DNA from: Camelus dromedarius
Lineage: Eukaryota
NCBI RefSeq assembly: GCF_036321535.1
Contig: NC_087436.1
Location: 10,416,001 to 10,480,000 of the forward strand
Reading direction: 5' to 3'
Length of the DNA stretch: 64,000 nt
The notes under the pieces are model-generated. The model was given only the letters and a program-made list of their open reading frames with translations. It was not told where the DNA came from and did not search any database. The position numbers and the translations under genes were made by a program. This document shows positions 1 through 13,165 of the stretch, piece by piece; within the stretch, counting starts at the first letter, position 1; each line of letters starts with the position of its first letter.

Positions 1-1842
1 ATTTAGAGTTATTACAAAGCAATATTACAAAACTATATTTCCCTGTGCTGTGCAATATATTCTTGTTGCTTCTCTATTTTATACAGAGTAGTTTATATCT
101 CTCAATTCCATCCCCCTATCTTGCCCCTCTCCACTTCCCTCTGGTCACTGGTAACCACCAGCTTGTTCTATGTGTCTGTGAGTCTGTTTCTATTTTGTTA
201 TTTATATTTGTTTCTTTTATATGTGTAGATTCCACGTATAAATGACAGCATAGAGTATTTTATCTTCTCCGTCTGACTTATTTTACCAAGCATCATACTC
301 TCTGGGTCCATCCACATTGTTGCAAACGACAGAATTTCATTCCTTTTTATGGCTAAGTAATACTCCATTTTACGTATATCTCACACCTTCTTTATCCAGC
401 CATCTGTTGTTAACCACATAGGTTCCTTCCATATCTTGGCTATTATAAATAAAACTGCTATGAACATCGGGGTGCATGTATCTTTTTGAATTAGTGTTTT
501 CATTTTTTCAGGATATATACCTAGGTGTGGGATTGCTGGATTATATGGTAGTTCTGTTTTTAGTCTTTGGAGGAGTCTCCATACTGTTTTACATAGTGGT
601 TGCATCCATTTATATTCCCACCAACAGTGCACAAGGGATCCCTTTTCTCCACATCCTCACCAACATTTGTTATGTGTGGTATTTTTGATGATAGCCATTC
701 TGCCAGGTGTGAGGTGATACCTTATTGTGGTTTTGATTTGCATTTCCCTGACGATTAGTGACGTTGAGCATGTTTTCATATGCGTGAATGCCATCTGTAT
801 GTCTTCTTTGGAGAAATGTCTATTCAGGTCCTCTGCCCATTTTTTACTCAGGTTGTTTGGGTTTTGATTTTGAGTCATATCATTTGCAAATATTTTCTCC
901 CATTCAGTACACAGTCTTTCCATTTTGTCAATGGTTTCCTTTGCTGTGCCAAAGTTTTCAGTTTAATTAGGTCCCATTTGTTTATTTTTGCTGTTGTTTC
1001 TTTTGCCTTAGGAGAAAGATTAAAAAAATATTGCTACAATTTATGTCTGGGTGTTCTGCCTATGTTCTCTTCTGGGAGTTTTATGGTTTCAGGACTTACA
1101 TTTAGGTATTTTATCAATTTAGAGTTTATTTTCATATATGGTATGAGAAAATGTTCTACTCTCATTCTTTCACAAGTAGCTATCCAGTTTTCCTAGCATC
1201 ATTTATTAAAGAAACTGTCTTTTCTCCTTTGTATATTCTTGCCTCCTTTATTGTTGATTAACTGACCATAGGTGTGTGGATTTATTTCTGGATTCTATTC
1301 TGTGCCATTCTGTGTCTGTGTCTGTTTTTGTGCCAATACCATGCTGTTTTGGTTACTGTAGCTCTGTAGTATTGTCTGAAATTAGGGGGTCTGATACCTG
1401 CAGCTTTGCTCTTTTTTTCTCAAGATTGCTTTGGCAATTTGGGTTCTTTTGTAGTTCTGTATAAATTTTAGGGTTATTTTTTCTAGTTCTGTGAAAAATG
1501 TCATATGTATTTTGATAGAAATTACAATAAATCTATAGATGGCTTTGGTAGTATGGCCATTTTAACAATATTAATTCTTCCAATCCAAGAACAGGGGAGA
1601 TCTTTCCATGTCTTTGTATCATTTTCAAATACCTTCATCAGCATTTTATAGTTTTCAGAGGATAAGTCTCTCACCTCCTTCGTTAAGTTTATTTCTAAGT
1701 ACTTTCTTCTTTTTGATGTGATTTTAAATGAGATTTTTTTTCCCACTTTATCTTTCCTTTAGTTCATTATTAGTGTACAGAAAAGTAACAGATTTCTGTA
1801 TATTGAACTCATATCCTGCAACTTTAGTATATTCATTTATTA
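1..1842 (-). mobile_element. L1 LINE, 5'-truncated (ORF2 C-terminal part plus 3' UTR), inactive
   Basis: Minus-strand ORFs give classic L1 ORF2 peptides ([52 protein letters not shown]) broken by stops and frameshifts. Confidence 0.95.
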
Positions 1843-2129
1843 CACACATGATATTTATTGAGTAAGTTTATCATCTTATGTGGGCACGGTTCATGGCACC
1901 CCAACACAAGTACAATTGTAACATCAAAGAGCACCATAACAAATGTAATAATAATGAAAAAAAGCTTGAAATATTGCAAGAATAACCACAATGTGACACA
2001 GAGACATGAGGTGAGTAAATTTTGTTGGAAAAACAGTGCCAACAGACTTGCTTGACACAGGGTTGCCACAAACCTTCAATTTTTAAGAAATGCAACATCT
2101 GGGAAGTAAAATAAAATAAGACATGCCTG
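1843..2129 (-). mobile_element. Tigger1-like (TcMar) DNA transposon, 5' end fragment
   Basis: The reverse complement begins CAGGCATGTCTTATTTTATT...AAATTGAAGGTTTGTGGCAACCCTG, which is the Tigger1 terminal sequence. Confidence 0.85.
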
Positions 2130-2139
2130 CATAGAAATG

Positions 2140-3950
2140 CAATCTTGTTAAATATTCACATTATGTTGTTTAGGTCTTTTTTAACTTTATTATCTTTTCC
2201 TTTCATCTATCATTTACTAATAGAGTGTGTGAAATTTTTTCCTTTATGATGATGATTTATCAACTACCCCATGTAATTCTGTCAAGTTATGAAGAATATT
2301 TAATGTACATAAATTTGTAATGATCACATTCTCCTAGGAAACTGAAACTTTTATCAATATGTAGTCAGGCTTTACTTCTAGCAAGAATTTGACTTAAAGT
2401 CTAATTTGTCTGATATTACTACAGCTACGTCAGTTTTTGTTTTTATTTTGTTGTAGCCAATAACAGGGAAAGGTTGAAGTGGTGACGTTAGCGCCACGTC
2501 TTTGCCCTTTTGTGTCAAGTTTCAGGTGGAGCCCTTAAAAATAGCACATCACTATATTTGTGCATGTTTTAATACAGTCTGACAGTTTTTCTCTTTTCAT
2601 TAGTGAGCCTATTTTATTTGTATGTATTTTGCCATTTTAATTTATTCTCATAATTTTTTCTGGACTTGTTTTAGATTACTTCTCTCCTCATTCTATTCTT
2701 TTTCCTTCACTCTTTGACTCTTTGGTGATTACATTCTTTATTCTTTTTTTTTTCTTTTTTTTAGTAGTTATACAGTTTTTTAACTTCCTACTTAATAAAG
2801 TATGAAGTATAGCAAATTATTTATCTTCCTTCTGATTAATAAATGGCCTGAGAATGTTTTAGATCTGACCACATCTCACACCTTTATGTCTAATTCCTCC
2901 TGGTGTTTCAGACATCCTGTTTAGAATTATTTTCTAATTGTCAGAGGCATGTCAGAGAACTTCCTTTCATAATGGTCTGTTGGTAGCAAATTCTATCCTT
3001 TATTTCCCTTTGTCTTTATTTCACTCTTATTCTTGAAATGTATTTCGTATGTGCTGAGTTGTTTATTTTTTTCTCTTAATATATTGAGGATATTTTTCTA
3101 TTGCCCAGAGCTTCCATTCTTGCTATCAGGAAGTCTGTGGTCCTTTATATGTGGTCTGTCTCTCTTCTCTGTGGGTCTCTTTAAGCTCTGTCTGTCTTTG
3201 GTGTTGTAGCTCCACTGTGATGGGGGGGGGGTGTCCGTGTGTCTGCCCGTCTGTCTGTCGGTGTGTATTTATTCCATCTGAGATTATCTGAACTTCCTGA
3301 TCTGGGATTAGTACTTTTTAACAATTCTTAAAGTTGCCAAATTTATCTCTTCAAATATTAACATATCTCTTTTCTCTCTAATATGACCTTTCAGAACTCT
3401 AGATAGAAATATATTAGACATTTTCACATTATTCCATTTTGATTAAAGTCTCTTTTCTAACTTATATTTAATTTTCTCTGTGCTGCATTTTGGGCATTTG
3501 GTTTGTATTCTGCTAATTTCTCGGGCTGCATTTAATCTGTTTTTAATTTGTCTGTTGAGTTTTTAGCCTTACTTGTATTTTTCAGTTTATAGACTTTTCT
3601 TTGATTCTTTTCTATGTCTGTGGATCTTTTTATAAATCTTTCTTATGCAAAACTTCCCATTCTCTTACTTTTTTAAAAAACATATCACTTGTAGGTCTTT
3701 AATACTCTGTGCTTGGCCATTTCAACATCCAAATTTTCTGGGCCTCACTCTGTTGTCTTTGTCTCTTCTTGAGTGTATCCGTGTGAGAGCTTGCATGTTG
3801 GTATATAATTTGAAACCCTAATTTCATGTTTCTTGAAACTTTAACTTGGAAGTTCTTGGAGGCCCCAGTTGAAGATACATTCTTCAAGAATGGATATGTA
3901 TTTGCACTTAGGGACCATTTCCAGCATAGTATCAGTTTACATTTGAGTCT
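2140..3950 (-). mobile_element. Ancient degraded L1 (L1M/L1ME-type ORF1/ORF2-start region)
   Basis: T-rich, with decayed L1M motifs (tctaatttgtctgatatta..cagcta; ggtctgttggtagcaaattct; tttcactcttattcttgaa). Confidence 0.6.
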
Positions 3951-4486
3951 CACTCTGAGGGAGTGTTTGAACCACTAAGCAACATGAGGTCTGGGTGATA
4001 GTTCCATGTTCTCAGGGTAGACTTAGTGCCCCACACTCAATGCCAAATTCTAATCAAGCAAGTTCATTTCCAGATCATACTTACACTCCGGATGGAGCAT
4101 TTTGGGAAAGAGAAGTAATTGTTAAGTAGCCTTTCCCATCATGAAGGGAAGGAGTAAACAAAAGAGCAGATAAGTAGAAGTAAGATGGACTGCTTAGTTG
4201 AACACGGAGAGAGTAAGAGAGAATTTTAGGATAACATAAAGGGAGAACATAAAACAAATGATTTTAAAAAAGGAGAAAAATCAGCATATCTCTAGGAGCA
4301 GCTGTAATGGCTAAGCATTGAATTACACAAGGAAAGGAAGGAAAGTGACTGATGTACAACATCTAGTTTGTACCAGGTACTATGTATACACGTCATTATT
4401 TTAGGTCATTTAACTTCCCAGGGATACTGTCAGGTGGGTACTGCTGTCTTCATGGAAGCTCTCTACATGATTTTTTGTATCTAAAG

Positions 4487-4678
4487 CTGTACTATCCAAT
4501 AACACAGCAACCAGCCACCTGACATTTAAATTTACATTAAATAAAATAAAATATTTTGTCTCTGATTTGTATTAGCCCATTGCACATGCTCAGTAGCTGC
4601 ACGTGGCTAGCAGCTCTCTATTTGGATGGTGCACATGGAACATTTCCACCATGACAGAAGTTCTGTGGGATAGCCCTC
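4487..4678 (-). mobile_element. MER3-like hAT-Charlie MITE
   Basis: tatccaata..agccac..tttaaattt..cacgtggctag..gaacatttccaccatgacagaagttct follows the MER3 layout in reverse. Confidence 0.75.
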
Positions 4679-5329
4679 ATCTAAGTCTCTCTTCCAAGAG
4701 ATTCTCAATGAATAACGTCTGATGATTCTGACAAAGCATTGTCTCTGGATGCTCCCATATGCCTAAGCTTTAATGATGAAAAAAAGGTACATTTTTTAGC
4801 ATGCGTACAAAAATGTTGTGTATCCTTCTAAAAGTGAATATAATATCTGAGAATCTTAAAAAAAGACACAAAAAATTTAAATAAATTTAACTATTTGCTA
4901 AATCAGGCAAGTGTAAACTAGCATGTAAAAAGGTATATAAGCCTTTTTCTTGCAAATAGTTTAATTTTTATAAAAATATTTAATAAAGTTTAAATTTAAA
5001 AAAAAATTAATGAAGTGTCCAGTTCTTCAGTAGGGACTTTGTCTCTTTCTATTATTTCCTCTGGAAGAGAAGAATACAGGATCTAGAATGGCCACATTTT
5101 CTGCAACCCAGGTTCAAAACCAAGGGGCTTCAGCCAAATTTTACTCCTTTCCTTTCCCACTCTTTTTTCTATAAATATAAGCCTCAATTGAGACTTAATA
5201 ATAAAAAATAAATGAACAGACCTACTAATATTTGATTTTTTTCACTGGATTCTAAGAAAAAAACTCTTATTTTATTTTATTTTTATGTTTTTATTTTTAA
5301 ACTTTTAAAGATTTTTAAAGATTTTTTGA

Positions 5330-5530
5330 ATTTTTTTTTAGATTTATAGTCAGTTACAATGCATCAATTTCTGGTGTACAGCATAATGTTTCAGTCATAC
5401 AATACATACATATATTTGTTTTCATATTCTTTTTCATTACAGTTACTACATGACACTGAATATAGTTCCATGTGCTATACAGAAGAAATTTGATTTTTTA
5501 TCTAATTTATATATGGTAGTTAATCTTTGC
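5330..5530 (-). mobile_element. L1 3' terminal fragment (camelid-type 3' UTR)
   Basis: Poly-T followed by tagtcagttacaatg..caatttctggtgtacagcat; this is the reverse complement of the L1 end at 8460-8637. Confidence 0.85.
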
Positions 5531-6849
5531 CAAAAAATTAAACATGTAGTATCTTTACAAAGCTTAAAAATGAGGCTCTCACCATTCTTTGATTTTTTAA
5601 TGATGAAGAATTAAACTAAAAACTATAATAGTATTAATTTTCATTATTTTAAGTTAAATTATGTTATTAACTGTAAACCAGTATTTTCTCTTATTTTATT
5701 GGCACATATCCTGTCTTTTCTCCTCAACATCACTTTCCTCTCCTACTCTATTTTATTAAAACACCCAACATATAATTCCTAGGTATCTTTTCTCTTTATT
5801 ATAATATCTTAAATACAAATTAATAGGCACTGTCATACACAACACCTTTCTCCCAACTCCTCAATAGTTTTACACACAGAAAATTCTGGTAACAATAAAA
5901 AAATACAGAAACATAATTTTAGGCTATATTCTTTGATAAAATATATTCGACTTCCTTTTCACTACATTTAAGCAAGACAAAACCAAGTAGCTTCTGGTAT
6001 GGGGGCTTCAGATAATTATCACGACATGATTGGCTTTTTAAAGCGATTTTTCAAAGATAAAGCCTTCTGACTCCGCAGACCACCAAGAATCATTGCAAAA
6101 GGAAATTGAAAACTTTTTAAATAAAAATACCATCACAGATGTTCCATCACAGGAAAGACGAGTAAGATGTTTTCAGCCTCTCCAAACTCCAGGGGAAAAG
6201 GCTACCTTTCACATCAGCCAATAAACAGATAATAACCAAGAAGTTCAAGGTGTCTCTGAAATCAGTGATTTTTCTCTTAAATCCTGCAGACCAGCCCTGT
6301 ACCATGAACTGAAATACTCATGGGAAAATTACCAGCTCATGTCCATAACTCACAGAACACGCTAAAGTTCACATCTTTCCACCAGATATTCTTAAGGGAT
6401 CTAACTGTAATACCATCACTGTGCCACTCAGGAGCTAGAGAGAGAACGAAGTTTGTACTTTGTTTTTTAAAGAAAGCCAAAAAAAACAAACAAAAAAAAA
6501 CCCCATACAGCCCTGTGCATTTTAACTTATCTTTTACCCAGAACTTATAAAGGATAAACCCTAAATTTTTTTTTGTTTGTTTTTAAATCACCAACAATCC
6601 ATGAATTGTTGATCTTGGGAAGATTTCAAGTGGACTATTTGGAATCACCTGGAAGTTAACATACAGACAGGCTGTAATATTTGATGCACCAGTTTCTGAA
6701 GAAAATTGTCCCTGGACATCTGTCTACCTATCAGTTTCCTGAAAAATCTATGCAAAATCTGATTTTTGTTCTCTTTACAAGATGCTTTATTTAAATATTT
6801 TGAGTTGAGCCAACTTGAATTACCTACAGTGACTTGCTTTTGATGTATT

Positions 6850-7170
6850 TTTCATTAAGGTACACCCTGAATTTAGTGAGCTGTACTAATCTTAAGCATA
6901 GAGCACGGTGAAATATTACATTTGTACGTTTTGTACACCCATGTGTGCAGTCAGAGCAACATACACATTTCCAGCAACGTGTGCTTGATCTTTCCTCTTC
7001 CTGGTCAACCCTTCTTTCTAAGAGGTGACTATTACTCATACTTCTCTAACTTCCTACAAATAGAATAACAACAGCTACACTTTTTGTGTCTGGCTTCTTT
7101 CACTCAGCATAAGGTTTTGAGAGTCATCCGTGCTGTTGCATGTGTGTCTTCTTCATTCCTTGTTTTAATG
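6850..7170 (-). mobile_element. Old L1 (L1MC/ME-type) 3' end
   Basis: tgtactaatcttaag..tttttgtgtctggcttctttcactcagcataaggtttttgagagtcatccgtgctgttgcatgt. Confidence 0.75.
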
Positions 7171-7582
7171 TCCAAACTCAGTATCCAGTTTATAAGTTTC
7201 AGGATTATTTACAGGAGTGTTTTAAAGAGGATTTCTTTGTAATGGAGAGAAGGTATTTGCCATTGGAAAGCAGAAGTAATTCTGGACATACATTAGATAC
7301 ATTTAATTCTTGAGAGGAAACCATTGACCAAAATTTCCCTTGATTTGCCCAAAGCCTGTACTCTGTGACTTTGCAAATAACACTAACTGGATCTTATTTT
7401 ATTTCTAAAAAAGGGTACATTTTTTAAAAGTAGCTCTTTCCTCTGGTGAGAATGATGAGATAAATCAGTTAAAGAAATCTAGGTGCTTTGCTCTAATCAT
7501 AGGGAATGAATTGTTATAGAAAGTCATTTTCCCGACTACCCTAATCCTGAGTTAGAAATTCTCTGTCACCTACAAAAATGAT

Positions 7583-8637
7583 TTCTTACACAGCAAAGGA
7601 AAGCATAAGCAAAACAAAATGACAACCTATGGAATGGGAGAAAAGATTTGCAAATTGTTAATTTCCAGCATATACAAACAGCTCATACAACTCAAACAAA
7701 ACAAACAACTCAATCAAAAAATGGGCAGAAGGCCTAAACAAGCAGTTCTCCAATGAAGACATACAAATGGCCAATAGGCACATGAAAAAAGGCTCAGTAT
7801 CGCTAATTATCAGAGAAATGCAAATCAAAACTACAGTGAAGTATCACCTTATACCAGTCAGAATGGCCATCATTAAAAAAGTCCACAAATGATAAATGCT
7901 GGAGAGGGTGTGGAGAAAAGAGAACCCTTCTACACTGCTGATAGGAATGTAATTTTGTGCAGCCACTATGAAAAACAGTATGGAGATTCCTCAGAAAACT
8001 AAAAATAGCATTACTATATCTTCCAGCAGTCTCACTCCTGGGCATATACTCAGAGGGAACTCTAATTTGAAAAGATACATGCACCCCAGTGTTCATAGCA
8101 GCAGCACTTATAGTAGCCAAGATGTGGGAACAACCTAAATATTCATCGACAGATGACTGGATAAAGAAATTGTGGTGTATTTATACAATGGAATACTACT
8201 CAGCCATGAAAAATAATAAAATAATGCCACTTGCAGCAACATGGATAGACCTGGAGATCGTCATTCTAAGTGAAGTAAGCTGGAAAAAGAAAGAAAGATA
8301 CCATATTATATCACTCATCTGAAATAAAAAAGACACAGATGAACTTATCAGACCCACAGACATAGAAAACAAACTTGTGGTTACCAAGGGGGAAAAGGGG
8401 TGGGAAGGGATAAACTGGGAGTTTGAGATTTGCAGATACACACTACTATATGTAAAACAGATAAAAAAGCATTTCTTCTGTATAGCACAGGGAACTCTAT
8501 TCAGTATCTTGCAGTAACATATAATGAAAAGAAATATGAAAAGGAATTTATGTATGTATATGTATGACTGAGACATGATGCTGTACACCAGAAATTGACA
8601 CGCATTGTAAACTGACTATACTTCCATTAAAAAAAAA
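7583..8637 (+). mobile_element. L1, 5'-truncated, ORF2 end + 3' UTR + poly(A)
   Basis: ORF2 C-terminal peptide [23 protein letters not shown], an A-tail at about 8629-8637, and a near-TSD aaaaatgatt/aaaaatgact. Confidence 0.95.
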
Positions 8638-9712
8638 TGACTCCATGTGCCACATTCAGGTGGTAAAGGACACACACATTGACTGCCTGACTCACCCTAT
8701 AAGCCTCATTTTAAAGTACTTCCTCTGACTCTAGACTTTATGTCTTTTGAATTCTCGCTAAAATCCCCAGCTGGAATTTCTGGAAGAAGTGGTCCTCATA
8801 ACTTTACATCATTGGGAAGTAAAGTTACTTCTGAATTATTTTAAAAGAATATTTTCTCATTGTAAGACATGTACCTGAAGGATATACCAGTTCTGTCTCC
8901 TGAATTCACAGATGTCTCTAAACTTTGCATTCTAATTAGATCCACCGAGCGTTCAGTAGCTCTTAGCTTTGCAATCACACACTCCTTTAAGTAATTCTCT
9001 GTATTCGGCTCAAGCACAGTGCCACTTGAGATGACTATATGGCGAGTAAAAGGTGGTAGGCATTTCTACCTGAAGATTAAGTCAGTTTTTTCCTCCAATG
9101 TAATGGCCTTTTGTATCTTTTCATTTTAATTCCACGTGGGCTGGGGGAGGTGGGAAGTAAATTCACTCTCTAATCCCAATCACAAAGTCAAGAGTGTCTT
9201 TTAGCAAAACATTTCTATCTAATGGCTTTTTATACTTATATACATATTAGAGATCACCTTGGAAGAATTGTTTGGAATCACTTGTGCACCAAGCATTGAA
9301 TCTCTGATTTCTGCAGCTGAAGCAATAGCTGATTTATAAAGCAGGCTTCTTAGAACATGCAACATGGCAGGCAACGCTTTTTGTTTATTTCCAGTATGAC
9401 CTTACGGTGCAGATTCATGCTTCAAGTGCACTCTGGATTGAGCAAAAACCATCTTTGAGAAGCAGTTCTTGAGTCAAACTAAGATGGTAGTGGAAGATCT
9501 GTTTAAAGAACTGTCATTATAGAGTGAGAACAGCCCTACTCATAACATCCTCACTCACTAATAAAACCATCTTCCCTTGGGTCCTACAAATTTCTAGCTT
9601 TAAGCAGCCAGCATCTAGAGACACAGCTGACTTTAAAACCAAGAACTGAAGTATCTGAAAAGTAATCACATCAAGTGCTTCCATTTCTGAGTCACAGTCA
9701 ATTTTCTGCAGC

Positions 9713-9898
9713 ACTGGTTCTCCAAGTGCAGTTCTCAGATCGGCGCCGTCAGCATCACCTTGGGAATTCCATAGGGATGCAAATTCCCAGGTTCCACCCA
9801 GACCTCCTCAATCAGACGCGCTAAGCTTGGGGATAAGCAGTATGTTTTAACCAGCTCTCCAGCGGACACTGAAGCACACCAAAGTTTGCAAACCACTG
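9713..9898 (+). mobile_element. MER5A hAT-Charlie MITE
   Basis: cactggttctccaagtg..cagcatcacc..tgcaaattc..cccagacct..aatcaga..ttttaac..aaagtttgcaaaccactg, about 190 bp with terminal inverted repeats. Confidence 0.85.
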
Positions 9899-10066
9899 TT
9901 CAGTAGAAATATTGCACTAAAAGAATATGAGAAGTCTAGAAGAGAAATCAATTTTCAGTAATTAAACTGTTAATTAAATGAAACAGTTTAAATCAACAGA
10001 ATTAAAACTCCTGTAGAAGAGCTTTATCTCCAAGAGTTCTAAAACTACAACAAAATAATGCTCCAG

Positions 10067-10230
10067 AGGGGAGGGTGTAGCTCAGTGGTAGAGTGCCTGC
10101 CTAGCATGCACAAGGTCCTGGGTTCAATCCCCAGTATCTCCACTTAAAAATGAATAAACAAACCCAATTACCTCCTCCCCTAAAAAATTATTAAAACTAT
10201 TCAAAAAAACAAAAAAGCAAAAAAAAACAA
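10067..10230 (+). mobile_element. tRNA-derived SINE (camelid Vic-1 type)
   Basis: ggggagggtgtagctcagtggtagag (A box) ..gggttcaatccc (B box), then aattacctcctcccc and an A-rich tail. Confidence 0.9.
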
Positions 10231-10632
10231 ATCCAGTCCATACAAAGGTGAAGGAGTCATTCACAGAGTAGAAATCCAAGGTTATACTAATTAATGCCCG
10301 CTAGCTGGTGCATTAAAACAATACAAATGAAGGAATGAGTTATTTGAGCCTCCCCATTTGTCTTCAAAGCATTCCCATCTGGTCTGCCCCCTGCCCTGCC
10401 TTCATTTTCAGCCGTGTGGCTAACTCTCATCCCCTCTTAGTCTCTTGTGTTTCAAATCACTCACTTTAATGACAGAACACAACACTTTTGGAAAGTTCAG
10501 TGTTTCCAGTTTTGAAAGAAGATCATAATAAAGTTATGCATTCCCAAGGGGACTTGGAATAGCCTGTTTTTTTCACCTTTGGATAATGGCCCAGACACAG
10601 CATTATCCATGAAGTAAGATGGAAATCTGTAG

Positions 10633-10658
10633 ACACACACACAGACACACACACACAC
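10633..10658. repeat. (CA)n microsatellite
   Basis: acacacacacagacacacacacacac. Confidence 0.9.
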
Positions 10659-11878
10659 TTCCTTCAAGATTCACCAAGTTGCCAGCTAGTAAAACCTAAA
10701 ACTATGGTTTCTAAAAGACATAAGTTCAAACATTCTTATACTCAAAAGCAGCTGTTGCAAAGCAAAATTTGGCACGACATTTTTGAACTCCCAAAATTAA
10801 ATGTAGTATTTCTTACTGCACAGCAGAGGCAGCATGAAAAAAAAAAAAAAAGGTTAACTATCAAATTTCGATTTGATCTTCCTCATTGAAAAATAAGCAT
10901 GTGAGGACACGAGGTTGAAGAGATAAGACCTGAGGCTCCAAACTTCCTTTGTGTTGGTGAAGATGCATGCGTGGCCGCCTCGGAGCACTGGGCTGCACTA
11001 CGCCCTCAGGCCTTCGTGACTTCTGCGCCGGCAGGCCAGTGCTGCGGAGCGCTGCGGGGATGGTGGTGAAACGGGTCCCAACACCAACACAAACACGAGG
11101 CTCACCCGTGGAAGCCTCTCTTTCTTTGTCTTCCCCTTACCTTGTCAAAATCCTTTACCCCCATTTTTTGGAAGACTCTTTGAGGATGCTTCATCTTTCA
11201 CCAACCCATCTCAAACAGCACGACTCTGCAGAGAGCCTCCTACTTCTCATCTCATTTCATTCACTTTCTTCGGGAACAGTCTGCAAGCGTGGAAGTGCCT
11301 GTCCTTGGGGGATGCTGAGATTCTCTGTTCATCCACGCCCTAGGCTCACTCCGGGGGCCCTGTCCTTACTAGGGGCATGCCTATAGCAACAAAGGATGAG
11401 TTCCATTTAGGAGTTCACACACACAAACCCAAATGCAGGGCAAGTAGGTACGTTTTCTCCAGTCAACTTTACAGGCAATGTATTAATGTCTTCATTGCCA
11501 CCTGTCTGACGTCCTCCTTTCTTTCTCAGGCGGTTGGTCTCCCATTCTGGGGGGAGGGAAAGAGTGAGAGGGATGACAGCATGACTGGCAACCCCTATAA
11601 ACTCCAAACAGGGAGACAAACTGAAGCAGAACATTGAATGGGAGGCATAGTCCCACCTCTGAGCTCCGGTCCCTTTTTGTCCATCCAGCACCTTCTCGTT
11701 TCCTGTTAATTACAGCATCCTCCTTTTCCGGGTGACCACTCCCGGCCAGCTCCAGCCATGGGATCCAGCGGGGACTATGCATCCTAGTACCCTGGTCCTT
11801 TGGCCACTAGGGTAGACATGTAACCAATGATACGACAACTGACACTCTTCCTTAAGCAAAGCTTTAGCAGGGAGGGAC

Positions 11879-11895
11879 TCGCTCTCTGGTGGCAA
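11879..11895 (-). promoter_or_regulatory. Candidate CTCF binding site
   Basis: The minus strand reads TTGCCACCAGAGAGCGA, close to the CTCF core TGGCCACCAGGGGGCGC. Confidence 0.5.
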
Positions 11896-12399
11896 AGCTC
11901 TGCAGATATAAATAGATGGTCACCATTTCCCCCCTGGGAGCAGAAAATGAAACCAGCATGCAGAGAGCAGGAGAGACAGGGGAAAGCATCCTATCTGATT
12001 CTGATTGTCCTCCCTATGTACAATGTTTCCTTTCCCAATTTTACAGATCAGTAAACCTGCCCACTTTAGTCCAAAACAGGGTGATCATTCACAAGAAAAA
12101 TGTTTCAGACTAATAAAACTTTGCTCAACCAACTAAAGTCCAAATGGATTCAGAAGATGAACGTAAAAAATGAATAAATAAATAAAATCAAGAAGAAAGC
12201 CAAAAAGTATATCTCATAAGTATCAAGATGCAAAAAATTTTTCCCAAGCTTAAAGATGAAAGGTGATACGAAGGACATATCCAATGAAATGGAAAAAACA
12301 TAAATAATCAGCACTTCAGTTTGTCGCAATCCTAAACAAAAAAAGGTAATTAGAATAAACAAACATAGCACCATATTTACTAAAATTTTCAAAAAGTGA

Positions 12400-13165
12400 T
12401 TAGTCTGTAAAATGGTTATGTAAATTGATAAAGGATGGTCACAATATTCCTAGTATTAAAATGGGTCAAGTATATAAACAGACAATTCCCAAAGAGAAAG
12501 CATAAATGGCAAAAAAATATTTTTCAAATATATCACAATATAAAAAATGTAAGCTAAATTATAGCTTTTAGTCAGATGTGACATACTATGTATGTGTGTG
12601 TTATAATTTATATGCACACACACAGACATGCTTACAGGGGAAATGAGTATTTATACACATTTTATGAATATGTAAACTGCTATTTTGAAAGCAATTCAGT
12701 ACTTGTTCCAAGCTGTCCTTACAATCTTTCTTCCAATTATCATTTTATAACTTCATTTCTAGGAATCTATTCCAGGAAACTAATCAAAATTGCCCAAAGA
12801 ATTTTTATGCCTAAGGATGTTTGTGGAAGCGACAAACCAGAAGTGATCCAAATGTATTACAATGGGGGCATTGTTAAATAAAATTTGACATATCCATTGA
12901 ATAAATATTATTTAGCTATTGAAATAATGCTAATGAAGAATTTATACTAAAGTTATAAAAATGGCTCTTTTTCATTGTAAAGAAGAAAAGTATAGTATTT
13001 TACGTGTAGAATTATTTCAACTAATTTAAACACACATATACAAAAATAGTGTTAATAAATATATACAAAATTGAATAGTCAACTCTGGGTAGTAAGATCA
13101 TAGGTAATTTTTATTTACTTCTTTATGATTTTGTTTTCTCCAATAAGTATTTACTATTTTTATTA
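12400..13165 (+). mobile_element. Ancient L1ME 3' region
   Basis: aaaatgggtcaagtatataaacagacaattc..acttcatttctaggaatctat..ttgttaaataaa..ggtaatttttatttacttcttta. Confidence 0.7.

Noticed and set aside
381..1746. ORFs with reverse-transcriptase-related peptides (also 8089-8322, 55025-55824, 63163-63417)
   Set aside because: These are frameshifted fragments of L1 ORF2, not host genes or a novel retroelement.
9962..9991. 10-bp inverted repeat ttaaactgtt/aacagtttaa
   Set aside because: Short and AT-rich; expected by chance and too small for a miRNA hairpin.
10067..10142. tRNA-like sequence with A and B boxes (also the five other copies)
   Set aside because: It has a SINE body and A-rich tail and lacks a proper acceptor stem, so it is a SINE rather than a tRNA gene.
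10967..11782. Cluster of overlapping 86-139-aa ORFs
   Set aside because: No recognisable homology. The locally higher GC content explains the scarcity of stop codons.
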